DNA from: a virus
Taxonomy: Duplodnaviria; Heunggongvirae; Uroviricota; Caudoviricetes
Virus record (IMG/VR): IMGVR_UViG_3300028888_000058
Span: 103,060 to 148,414 of that record
Strand: one strand, 5' to 3'
DNA length: 45,355 nucleotides
Part shown: one piece after another, positions 28,471 through 37,495 of the stretch
Numbering within the stretch: the first letter of the stretch is position 1
Layout of the letters: the number at the start of each line of letters is the position of its first letter
The notes under the pieces: model-generated
Told to the model about the DNA's origin: nothing
Databases searched by the model: none
Seen by the model: the letters and a program-made list of their open reading frames with translations, nothing else
Program-made: the position numbers and the translations under genes

Positions 28471-28955
28471 GTTTCATACATATATAAATAAATTATATCT
28501 ATTTCTCCATCATTAAATTTTCTTTTAAATTCTTTATTAAATGATTCTTTACGTTTAAAATATTTATCTATCTCACATCTAAATTTCCATTTTGTTATCC
28601 ATCTTTTACTTTTTGAATATGCTAATTTAATTCTATCTAATATACTTAAATCAGGTCTATTCATTAAATAAAACATATAACAGTTCCAATATCTTTTAAT
28701 TAATTTCCAATATCCTATTTCGCCAACTAAATAAAATCGTATTCCTTTTTTCTTATAATCATCATAATTATATTTAGGCTTATCACAAATTAATTCTAAT
28801 ATTTGTAAATCTCCATGATATTCTCTATTATAACTTTCAAAAGCTTCATAAGATCCCCACATTTCAATTTTCTTTCTGTTCTTATTATTGAACATTTTCT
28901 TTATGTGTGGTAATAAAGAAATGATTGATTTTGTTCCTTCAATATATTCTACCAT
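28452..28955 (-). CDS. hypothetical protein
   Basis: 167 aa, basic/aromatic; last gene of the minus-strand block. Confidence 0.7.
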   Translation of the reverse strand: MVEYIEGTKSIISLLPHIKKMFNNKNRKKIEMWGSYEAFESYNREYHGDLQILELICDKPKYNYDDYKKKGIRFYLVGEIGYWKLIKRYWNCYMFYLMNRPDLSILDRIKLAYSKSKRWITKWKFRCEIDKYFKRKESFNKEFKRKFNDGEIDIIYLYMYETKKELN

Positions 28956-28959
28956 AATT

Positions 28960-29358
28960 TTATTCTATCCAAATCCATTTTGTTTCTGATATTGTAGTTA
29001 GTCTCATATTATCAAATCCTTGTGCAATATAGTCTCGCATAATCATATGAACTTCATCAGAATTTTTTGCAAAAACTGGTAATGCATATTTGATTGTCTT
29101 AATTGTTCCTTCTTCAGTAGGAACATCTTCTGCAACCTTGACTGCAAATATTTTTGTTCCTTCTTTATATTCATTTGCAGCAGGCTTAAAATTCTTCATC
29201 ATACATACATCTTCTATTTCAGCATCTGTGCCAACAATCTGTATTATTTTGTAGCCTGCATCTGCAAAATGTAACGCATCAGTAAAATAAGTTTCTATGA
29301 CACGTTTTTCTTTATCATTTATGGATATGTTTCTATTTAATTTAATCTTAAAATACAT
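28960..29358 (-). CDS. DUF4494-like protein (Bacteroidota family)
   Basis: YFKIK..K.V.E.Y..DAL.F..A and F..KV....EG..K....V.A...M....ISET pattern recalls DUF4494. Confidence 0.5.
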   Translation of the reverse strand: MYFKIKLNRNISINDKEKRVIETYFTDALHFADAGYKIIQIVGTDAEIEDVCMMKNFKPAANEYKEGTKIFAVKVAEDVPTEEGTIKTIKYALPVFAKNSDEVHMIMRDYIAQGFDNMRLTTISETKWIWIE

Positions 29359-29387
29359 AACTTACCTCTTTATATATTTATATTTAA

Positions 29388-29855
29388 CTATTCATTAAAT
29401 TCGACTACTTTTGATCCACCAAAAGGTCCATACATACCTAATAGTTTTTCTGAAGCACTTGCATCAAAACGTAAACTATTTTTTTTGAATATTGTTTCTT
29501 TATCTTCTGCATCACTAATAAAACTGTTTCTGTTCATAACAGATAGATTATTCTTCTTAAAGTCTTTAGCTATCTTCTTATCTTTAAACTTATGACCTGC
29601 AAGAATAAAATATTTAAACTTATTAGAATCCCATTTATTCTTTGATAAAAAATTTTCAAGTTTTTCTTTTAATTCCTTTCCTTCTTCATCAGTTATATAA
29701 GGTTCCTTCTGAAGTCTTCCTTTATCAATTTCATATAGTTTATCAATTTCAAAATGATCCCAGATACTTTTAAGTTCTGGAGACATTGAATTATTAATTT
29801 TGATATCCTTGTTAATAATTAGTTTTTCTAATATAAATGATTTGATTTTTTTCAT
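29388..29855 (-). CDS. double-tagged hypothetical protein
   Basis: MKKIKSFILE-KLIINKDIK; 155 aa. Confidence 0.8.
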   Translation of the reverse strand: MKKIKSFILEKLIINKDIKINNSMSPELKSIWDHFEIDKLYEIDKGRLQKEPYITDEEGKELKEKLENFLSKNKWDSNKFKYFILAGHKFKDKKIAKDFKKNNLSVMNRNSFISDAEDKETIFKKNSLRFDASASEKLLGMYGPFGGSKVVEFNE

Positions 29856-29866
29856 TATATTATTTA

Positions 29867-30262
29867 TTATATTTTTTCAACTTTACATAATATCATATTT
29901 TGATCATTATATGTAGATATAATATTTGATTCTTTATATCTTATACCACTTTTAGATTTTAACAAATAACCATCCTTAGCATATTTGACCCAATAATAAT
30001 CTAAAGATGCAGTATAGTTTCCATTATCTAATGGTTTTAACCAATGAAACCTATCACCTTCATCAGAATCTCTTTTAATCATTACTATAGCTTCTTCTGG
30101 AGATTCAGCATGATCTACTATTTGTAGTTTGTCTCCTATCATATAATTATATTCTTTACCATCAATTTCTATAATTATATTATCATCATCGATATGTTTA
30201 TTAATTTTAGTATTCTTATTGATTACAAATTTTTCTAATAATATATGTTTTAATGATTTCAT
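29867..30262 (-). CDS. double-tagged hypothetical protein
   Basis: MKSLKHILLE-KFVINKNTK; 131 aa. Confidence 0.8.
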   Translation of the reverse strand: MKSLKHILLEKFVINKNTKINKHIDDDNIIIEIDGKEYNYMIGDKLQIVDHAESPEEAIVMIKRDSDEGDRFHWLKPLDNGNYTASLDYYWVKYAKDGYLLKSKSGIRYKESNIISTYNDQNMILCKVEKI

Positions 30263-30277
30263 ATTATGTTAAATTTT

Positions 30278-30757
30278 TTATTTTTTATACCATTTAGGTG
30301 GATTATCTTCTAATTCTCCACCATGAAACATATATTTCATGTTTTTTACATTACTTACATCCCATTTTGATATATCTCCATTAAAATGTGAATAAGCAAA
30401 CATTTGAAACATATTTTCAACATTTCTTACATCCCAATTAGATACGTCTCCATTTTCTCCAGTAAATTTTGAGCCTAAAAACATTTCTCTCATATTGGTA
30501 ACATTACTAACATCCCATTCAGATATATCACCATCAAAACTTTTATTTACATCATTATCACTAAATACTGCAGACATATCAGTTATTTCTGAAGTATCTA
30601 TATCATTAAGATCTGCAGTATAACCACGTTTATTTATTAATCTATAAACAGTTTGTATTAGTTCTTTATTAGTCTTTGGATGATAATGATACTTATCTAT
30701 TTTAGTGTTCTTATTGATAATAAGTTTTTCTATTATAATATCTTTAAGGTTTTTCAT
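30278..30757 (-). CDS. double-tagged DUF285/BspA-like repeat protein (short)
   Basis: MKNLKDIIIE-KLIINKNTK; DISEWDVSNVTNMREMF-type repeats; ends NPPKWYK. Confidence 0.8.
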   Translation of the reverse strand: MKNLKDIIIEKLIINKNTKIDKYHYHPKTNKELIQTVYRLINKRGYTADLNDIDTSEITDMSAVFSDNDVNKSFDGDISEWDVSNVTNMREMFLGSKFTGENGDVSNWDVRNVENMFQMFAYSHFNGDISKWDVSNVKNMKYMFHGGELEDNPPKWYKK

Positions 30758-31092
30758 AATACAAAATCTTTTATTTGTTCGTATAATTCTTCTTTATAGT
30801 TTTTGACATAATCTATTAAATCTTTTTTATCAACATTCATAAATTCTGCCATGTCTTCCCATAAGAACAATCTTCTGAAATATTCTGCGATATCTTTATG
30901 AAAGAATTTATCAACTATCTGTAACCGTGTATCATATTCATTGCCATCAAAAGTACCACTTGCTTGAAAATACATACATAACTCATCTATTATTTTATTC
31001 TGTTCATCATCAGATAAATTAGTCTGTTTATTGATTTTTGTGTTCTTATTAATGATTAGTTTTTCTATTATGATATCTTTTATGTCTTTCAT
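30754..31092 (-). CDS. double-tagged hypothetical protein (start revised to ATG 31092)
   Basis: MKDIKDIIIE-KLIINKNTK; the upstream TTG start in the ORF track lies inside a duplicated gene relic. Confidence 0.8.
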   Translation of the reverse strand: MKDIKDIIIEKLIINKNTKINKQTNLSDDEQNKIIDELCMYFQASGTFDGNEYDTRLQIVDKFFHKDIAEYFRRLFLWEDMAEFMNVDKKDLIDYVKNYKEELYEQIKDFVL

Positions 31093-31204
31093 TTTATACC
31101 AAGATATTTTTTGTAAATTTTGCAAACGTTTAACTTTCGATTTATCAGCAATTGATTTTGGATTCCAAATATTTATATGATTGTGCTTTATTATGCCTTC
31201 ATAT
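31090..31204 (-). pseudogene. duplicated 3' fragment of gene 31900..32370
   Basis: About 90% identical by hand alignment to 31901-32014; encodes YEGIIK.NHINIWNPKSIADKSKVKRLQNLQK with a +1 A frameshift. Confidence 0.85.
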
Positions 31205-31903
31205 GTTTTTATACCATTTTGGTGGATTTTTTTCTAAAGGACATCCACTAAATATATCGTCCATATGTTCAACATTACTAACATCCCATTTTGATATATC
31301 ATTTTTAAAATTAGAATTTTCAAACATTTTTGTCATATTTTCAACTTTGCTGACATTCCAATTAGATATATCACCATTAAATATAGAATTACTAAACATA
31401 TTCCACATGCTTGTTACATTACTAACGTCCCATTTTGATATGTCACCAGTAAAAGATGATCCTGAAAACATATTTGCCATAAATTTAACTTTGCTAACAT
31501 TCCATTTTGATATATCACCATTAAATCTAGAATCATGAAATATATATCCCATATTATTTACATGGCTTACATCCCACTTTGATATATCTCCATTTTCTCC
31601 TGTAAAATTAGAATTCATAAATGTCATATACATTGTTTTAACATGACTTACATCCCACATTGATATATCTCCATTAAATTTAGAATTATAAAACAATTCA
31701 TTTAATGATGTTACATTAGATACATCTATATCATTAAGGTCTGCATCATTACCACGTTCTTCAATAAGTTTTTTAATTGTTTTCTTTAATTCATTTAAAT
31801 TTTTAGGACGATAATTATATTTACGGAATTTAGCATTTTTATTAATAATTAGTTTTTCATTTATTTCTAAATTTTCTTTTAGTATATCTTTTAAGTTCTT
31901 CAT
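31199..31903 (-). CDS. double-tagged DUF285/BspA-like repeat protein (long)
   Basis: MKNLKDILKE-NLEINE-KLIINKNAK; about 6 FNGDISxWDVSxVxxMxxxF repeats; ends NPPKWYK. Confidence 0.82.
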   Translation of the reverse strand: MKNLKDILKENLEINEKLIINKNAKFRKYNYRPKNLNELKKTIKKLIEERGNDADLNDIDVSNVTSLNELFYNSKFNGDISMWDVSHVKTMYMTFMNSNFTGENGDISKWDVSHVNNMGYIFHDSRFNGDISKWNVSKVKFMANMFSGSSFTGDISKWDVSNVTSMWNMFSNSIFNGDISNWNVSKVENMTKMFENSNFKNDISKWDVSNVEHMDDIFSGCPLEKNPPKWYKNI

Positions 31904-32370
31904 TTTATATTAAGATATTTTTGTAAATTTTGTAAACGTTTAACTTTTGATTTATCAGCAATTGATCTTGGATTCCATATATTTATATGATCAATCTTTA
32001 TTATGCCTTCATATATTTTTAATAAGAATTTTATAAATTCCTTTGGTTCATTATCAAGTAGTTCAGCAAATTTTTCATATCTTTCTGGTGGTTCTAATCT
32101 TATGAAATCTTTATAGTCATCTACAGTAAATTTTTTCTTTTTTTGACGGTTCTCCCTAAGATGATCCAATATGACTAATTGTATATCACGAATTTTATTT
32201 GAATTGACTCCATATTTATCTTTGAATGGTTCCTTTTCAGCTTTTGTATATGCTCCAGAAACTTCATCATAATCATTATGAAGTTCTTCATCAGTAAATT
32301 CTTTTTCTTTTATATTTAAATGATGATTAATAATTAGTTTTTCTGATATGATGTCTTTTAGGTTCTTCAT
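31900..32370 (-). CDS. double-tagged hypothetical protein
   Basis: MKNLKDIISE-KLIINHHLNIK; 156 aa. Confidence 0.8.
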   Translation of the reverse strand: MKNLKDIISEKLIINHHLNIKEKEFTDEELHNDYDEVSGAYTKAEKEPFKDKYGVNSNKIRDIQLVILDHLRENRQKKKKFTVDDYKDFIRLEPPERYEKFAELLDNEPKEFIKFLLKIYEGIIKIDHINIWNPRSIADKSKVKRLQNLQKYLNIK

Positions 32371-32379
32371 AGCAATTTA

Positions 32380-32841
32380 TTATTTGTTTATAAAAAATAT
32401 AATTCCAATATTTTTAATATCATATGTTAATAAATTAAGTTCATTATTTGAATATATTCCTGTACGATCATATTTGTCTTTATATAATTCATCTTTATAT
32501 ATTTCATCACCATTATCTTTAATGAACTTTATAAATTCTGTTTTATCTAATATAATTTCTATACTATTATTTTCAAAATCTTTACGAAGATCTTTTTCTA
32601 AATAATCATTATCAGGATCAATTAATCCGTATTTTTCTAATACATCTATTGTACTTAATATAATAAGATGTTCAACATTTTCTTCTTTAACCCAATTTGC
32701 TATTGCTTTAACTTCAGCATCTTCAGCATCTTCAGGTTCAGAATATATAAACCTTAAAATTGTATCAACAAAAGTATTTCTAATTTTTGTATTTTTGTTA
32801 ATAACTAATTTCTCTAATATAGAAGTTTTTAAGTCTTTCAT
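32380..32841 (-). CDS. double-tagged hypothetical protein
   Basis: MKDLKTSILE-KLVINKNTK; 153 aa. Confidence 0.8.
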   Translation of the reverse strand: MKDLKTSILEKLVINKNTKIRNTFVDTILRFIYSEPEDAEDAEVKAIANWVKEENVEHLIILSTIDVLEKYGLIDPDNDYLEKDLRKDFENNSIEIILDKTEFIKFIKDNGDEIYKDELYKDKYDRTGIYSNNELNLLTYDIKNIGIIFFINK

Positions 32842-33224
32842 ATCTTAACAATTTTTAATTTATTATCATCCCATTTATAACCTGCTTTCTTTAATGCTTC
32901 CATGAATTCGTCGCATTTTTCTTCTGAAGCTAATTTATATCTTTCTAGTCTTTCTGAAATAGTACCAACACCAGTATCTACACCAACATCTAATTTTTTT
33001 CTTTCATCACAAATATATGTTGCATGATATACTATAGCATCATCAGAAGCATTATTTACATGAAAATCTTTGTTTAATCCTTTATATATAAAAAGTAAAT
33101 TTTCATTCATCTCAACTATATCTCCGTTTTGAGCAGTCTCAATAGTCCAATCATCTAAATTTCTTATTTTTATATTTTTATTGATGATTAGCTTTTCGTT
33201 TATAAATTCTATTATTTGTTTCAT
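32838..33224 (-). CDS. double-tagged hypothetical protein
   Basis: MKQIIEFINE-KLIINKNIK; 128 aa. Confidence 0.8.
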   Translation of the reverse strand: MKQIIEFINEKLIINKNIKIRNLDDWTIETAQNGDIVEMNENLLFIYKGLNKDFHVNNASDDAIVYHATYICDERKKLDVGVDTGVGTISERLERYKLASEEKCDEFMEALKKAGYKWDDNKLKIVKI

Positions 33225-33230
33225 ATATCA

Positions 33231-34286
33231 TTATTCTCCTAATATTTCATCTAATTCAGTTACTCCTTCTTTAGGTTTAGATTTTAATTGATCAACTACT
33301 TTCTGTTCTATTTCTTCAAGTAGTTCAGGATTATCATTTAATAAATCAATAACTGCTTGGCGTCCTTGACCAAGTTTTACTTCTCCATAACTGAACCATG
33401 AACCTGATTTATGTATGATATCAAATTCTATAGACTTATCAATTATTTCTGAGAACCTGTTTATGCCATGTCCATAAGTAATTTCAAATTCTGCTTTTCT
33501 AAATGGAGGCGCGCATTTATTCTTAACAACCTTGACTTTTGTAAGATTAGCAATTGCTTCATCTCCGTCTTTAACCTGTGTTGATTTACGAACTTCTAAT
33601 CTTATTGATGCATAGAATTTTAAAGCATTACCACCAGTAGTAGTTTCTGGGTTGCCAAATAATACGCCAATCTTTTCTCTTATCTGATTAATGAATATAC
33701 AGCAACAGTTTGATTTCTTAATAATGCCAACCATTTTACGTAATGCTTGAGACATTAATCTAGCTTGAAGACCAATTCTTGCATCTCCCATAGCACCTTC
33801 TAATTCTGCACGAGGAGTCAATGCCGCAACAGAATCTATAACTAATATTCCAATCTTACCTGATGATATTAATTTTGTTGCAATTTCCAAACAGTCTTCT
33901 CCACAGTCGGGTTGTGCAAATAATAATTGATCAACATTAACTCCAAGGTTTGCAGCATAATCTCTATCAAAAGCATTTTCAGCATCTATATAAGCAGCTT
34001 TCAAACCAAGTTTCTGAGCTTCAGCAACTGCATGTATTGCTAATGTTGTCTTACCACAACTTTCAGGACCATATATTTCTATTATACGGCCTTTTGGATA
34101 ACCACCAATTCCAAGAGCACAGTCCAAAGAAATAGAACCAGAAGGAATAGTATCAATATCCATTACTTCAGATTCACCCAAAAGCATAACGGCACCATCT
34201 CCGTATTGCTTTTTAATTTCTTTCAATACTGAGTCAAGTTCATGATCTGTTCCAAATTCTTTTTCTAAAACTTCTTTCTTACTCAT
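33231..34286 (-). CDS. recA: RecA recombinase
   Basis: [99 protein letters not shown]. Confidence 0.97.
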   Translation of the reverse strand: MSKKEVLEKEFGTDHELDSVLKEIKKQYGDGAVMLLGESEVMDIDTIPSGSISLDCALGIGGYPKGRIIEIYGPESCGKTTLAIHAVAEAQKLGLKAAYIDAENAFDRDYAANLGVNVDQLLFAQPDCGEDCLEIATKLISSGKIGILVIDSVAALTPRAELEGAMGDARIGLQARLMSQALRKMVGIIKKSNCCCIFINQIREKIGVLFGNPETTTGGNALKFYASIRLEVRKSTQVKDGDEAIANLTKVKVVKNKCAPPFRKAEFEITYGHGINRFSEIIDKSIEFDIIHKSGSWFSYGEVKLGQGRQAVIDLLNDNPELLEEIEQKVVDQLKSKPKEGVTELDEILGE

Positions 34287-34375
34287 AAAATAAACAAATT
34301 CTTATACTATATTTAATAATATATTTTTTATTACTATATTAAAATTGAATTAAATTAAAATAAATAAATATCATT

Positions 34376-34579
34376 ATGAAAGTAGAACTTAAACAAATTG
34401 TAGATCAATTATCTGAAACTTGTAATTTAAATGACAATTATAAAGTAGCAGCATTAGTAGATGAAAATGATATTGTTGATGGGTGGACAATAGTTGAAGT
34501 GTTTGAAGACGGAAACATTAAACCATTAGAAGGCGTTAAATTTAATTCTATAAAAGATTTAATTGAAGCATATGTATAA
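34376..34579 (+). CDS. hypothetical protein
   Basis: 67 aa; two CTATATT motifs upstream. Confidence 0.6.
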   Translation: MKVELKQIVDQLSETCNLNDNYKVAALVDENDIVDGWTIVEVFEDGNIKPLEGVKFNSIKDLIEAYV

Positions 34580-34766
34580 AAGAGAACGTACTTGTAAATG
34601 CATACAAGAATTTAAATATGATAATTTGATATTTCATAAAGGAAGAGAATATCAGGTTGATGTTTATCCTCTTTATTATCAAATATATCAAAACGGAGGA
34701 TGGGATGATTATGTTTTTATAAATACTGAAGAGGAATTTTCTAAATATTTTAAATTAATAGAATAA
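34572..34766 (+). CDS. hypothetical protein
   Basis: ATG start at 34572 preferred over the TTG at 34563; 64 aa. Confidence 0.55.
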   Translation: MYKRERTCKCIQEFKYDNLIFHKGREYQVDVYPLYYQIYQNGGWDDYVFINTEEEFSKYFKLIE

Positions 34767-34930
34767 AATTTCATTAATAGATTAAAAGTCTTAGAATGTA
34801 CATCTAATGCGGTATTACTGCATTTATTTATAATTTAATTATCTTACTATTTAATGCATCTAGAAAGACATCTAGAACTATCTAGCATCCTTGTACAATA
34901 TAGAGTTATATAAAATAATTTTTACATATT

Positions 34931-35383
34931 ATGTTAAATAAAAATACTTGTGAAGACATTTGGATATATATATTGAAAGAACTTCCAAATAAGACTAAAT
35001 TTTTTAATAAAATACATAATATATCTACATATTCTAAAGGAGAATACACGCATCATAATATAAAAGGAATTTATTATGACGATAATTTATATGCATTATA
35101 TTTTATAAAAGATGATGATTCTAAATTATCATATAATAGAGTAAATTTTGATGTTGTAAGATATATTACTTTAGAAGAGTTACCTGGTTTGAATAGACAA
35201 GAAGTAGATAAATTACAAGATACTATAGTAAGATTAAGAACAGTATCATCAAACTTGGATTTTTGTTATAATTCTTTATTAGGTGATATTTATAAGCAAT
35301 CATTAAATAATATAGCATATGCAATAGATAATCATATTATAGATTGCTTAAACGAAATAATGAAATATATTAAATCAAATTGA
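34931..35383 (+). CDS. hypothetical protein
   Basis: 150 aa. Confidence 0.65.
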   Translation: MLNKNTCEDIWIYILKELPNKTKFFNKIHNISTYSKGEYTHHNIKGIYYDDNLYALYFIKDDDSKLSYNRVNFDVVRYITLEELPGLNRQEVDKLQDTIVRLRTVSSNLDFCYNSLLGDIYKQSLNNIAYAIDNHIIDCLNEIMKYIKSN

Positions 35384-35695
35384 ATGAATAATTTATTTTC
35401 AAGAGAAGATATCAAGAAATTTGTTATAGAAGCAATTGAAAACAGATTTGATGAAGATACTAAAAATACTATATTGAAATTAAAATCATTTGATGGTGAA
35501 GATGCATTCATATATAGTGATCTTAAGTTAGATTCTTTAGATGTTATTGAATTCATATTAGAAGTTGAGTATAACATTAATCAAACTTTAAAATTATTTA
35601 ATAAGAAATTCACCATAGATGATAATATAGTCAATAAAGAACTTACTTTAGGAATGTTAATAGATTATATATACAACAATATTAATAAAGATTAA
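35384..35695 (+). CDS. acyl carrier protein-like
   Basis: SDLKLDSLDVIEFILEVEYNI matches the ACP DLGLDSLDxVELxxxLE motif with the phosphopantetheine Ser; acidic; 103 aa. Confidence 0.72.
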   Translation: MNNLFSREDIKKFVIEAIENRFDEDTKNTILKLKSFDGEDAFIYSDLKLDSLDVIEFILEVEYNINQTLKLFNKKFTIDDNIVNKELTLGMLIDYIYNNINKD

Positions 35696-36804
35696 TGGAT
35701 AAACAAAAAATTTATGACATGTTTAAGATATTCAATAGTCATAGTGATGATTATCTCGGAGCTATGTTTATTAATATCTTTAAGACCGAATTACCATTTT
35801 GCTATCGTTATTTTTATAATAACGATGGTATTCTTGAATATAAAGCTTCTCAATTAGCTTTGGATAGATATAAGTTTACTAAAAGAATTGATACACGTCA
35901 ATTTTTGATAAATCTTATTAAAGAAAATGATAAGCAAGATGATTTTGAAGTATTCAATTATTCATCAAATGAATTTTTAATATGCGGAGAATATCCTGCT
36001 CCTTTTATGTTTAATCTTACAACAAGCATTGATGCAGATGCTTCAGATACATATAATGATATGTATGTAGCACAAGGTCATATTGATGAAGTATTTGAAA
36101 AAATTATTAGACCAAATTGTGTAGCATTAGATAATAAAAATAAATTAGAATTTGGCATTGCATCTATAATGGAAGGAACAAACACATTATATACTTCTTG
36201 GTTTGATTATGATGTTAATATAGATATTGATATTAAGAAGAATTATAATGATGATCTTCCTTATGATAGAATGTGCAGTATACTTGCAGATGATACAAGA
36301 CCTGATTTAATGCTATTTTATGGAGAACCTGGAACTGGTAAGACTTCTTTAATTAAGCATCTTATTAAGAAATATATTAATAAGAACTTTATATTTATAG
36401 ATGGCGGCTTATTAGGTAGTATTCCTCAAGAAAAACTTATGTCATATTTTTTAGATAACTGGGATACTGTATTTATATTAGAAGATTGTGAAAAGATTCT
36501 TAAAGACAGATCTTCAGGATATAACCCAGTTATGCCAGTTTTATTGAATATAACAGATGGAATCATTGGAGATGTATTAAAGACAAAATTCATCTGTACA
36601 TTCAATGATTCGTTGTCCAAGGTGGACCGAGCATTATTAAGAAAAGGACGTTTATCACTTAAATATGAATTTAAGAAACTTTCAAAAGATAAAGTTAATA
36701 AATTATTACCTAATGAAAATAAAGATATGACATTAGCAGACATCTATTATAATGAGAATGAAAATGATTATTCAAAAACGCATAAAAATAAAATAGGATT
36801 CTAA
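35695..36804 (+). CDS. AAA+ ATPase
   Basis: Walker A GEPGTGKT, Walker B FILED, sensor-1 TFN, DRALLRKGRL arginine finger. Confidence 0.9.
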   Translation: MDKQKIYDMFKIFNSHSDDYLGAMFINIFKTELPFCYRYFYNNDGILEYKASQLALDRYKFTKRIDTRQFLINLIKENDKQDDFEVFNYSSNEFLICGEYPAPFMFNLTTSIDADASDTYNDMYVAQGHIDEVFEKIIRPNCVALDNKNKLEFGIASIMEGTNTLYTSWFDYDVNIDIDIKKNYNDDLPYDRMCSILADDTRPDLMLFYGEPGTGKTSLIKHLIKKYINKNFIFIDGGLLGSIPQEKLMSYFLDNWDTVFILEDCEKILKDRSSGYNPVMPVLLNITDGIIGDVLKTKFICTFNDSLSKVDRALLRKGRLSLKYEFKKLSKDKVNKLLPNENKDMTLADIYYNENENDYSKTHKNKIGF

Positions 36805-36977
36805 TGAAAACAGAATATGTTGCAACTATTATTCTATTATATATGATAGTTTTAATAATAATGATATTAATTCATGGAGAAACACCAGGATTTATTTTTG
36901 CTGAACGTATGATATATATAACATTAGTATTTGCTGGAATGACATATATAATAGATAAAATAAATAAATTAAGATAA
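36804..36977 (+). CDS. small two-TM membrane protein (not in ORF track)
   Basis: Hand-translated 57 aa MKTEYVATIILLYMIVLIIMILIHGETPGFIFAERMIYITLVFAGMTYIIDKINKLR; TAATG overlap with the ATPase gene. Confidence 0.65.
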   Translation: MKTEYVATIILLYMIVLIIMILIHGETPGFIFAERMIYITLVFAGMTYIIDKINKLR

Positions 36978-36979
36978 TT

Positions 36980-37495
36980 ATGGAAGAAGTACAATTAGGA
37001 AAAGTAGAAAATGATGGTAAGACTTGTAGTTGGCCCGAAGGAAGTCGCGAAGCACAAGTCGTTCAGATAATTAATCAAATGAGTCAACCTATATCTGAAG
37101 AGCTTATGAAAGCAATTATGGAAGCTCCTATGTCAAAATGTAAGTCAGATTCATTATTTGCATTTGCTTTAGAATTAGGATTAACTTTAGATTGTATTCC
37201 TGATGATTTGAATATATTGGTTATTGCTCAAGACGATAATACAAAAGAATCAACAAAGATACTTCAAGTACCAAAGAAATATAATGAAGGACAACGAATT
37301 GATAATCTTATTCAAATGCTTTCATCTGAATGTGTAGGTACGCGTGAAGAAGATGGTAAGACAGTTGCAAATGAATTATTTACTATAATTGCTAATGTAT
37401 GCGCTCAATATTGTGCAAGTGATCCTGCATATAAAGAAGCATTCTTAAACGTTATCAAATTCTGGGAAGACAATAAAAATAGTAATAAAGATTAA
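36980..37495 (+). CDS. hypothetical protein
   Basis: 171 aa. Confidence 0.75.
   Translation: MEEVQLGKVENDGKTCSWPEGSREAQVVQIINQMSQPISEELMKAIMEAPMSKCKSDSLFAFALELGLTLDCIPDDLNILVIAQDDNTKESTKILQVPKKYNEGQRIDNLIQMLSSECVGTREEDGKTVANELFTIIANVCAQYCASDPAYKEAFLNVIKFWEDNKNSNKD

Noticed and set aside
2655-29382. T4 late promoter TATAAATA (2655, 18015, 29375 on the minus strand)
   Set aside because: An all-A/T 8-mer is expected many times by chance at this composition, and it is missing upstream of most tagged genes.
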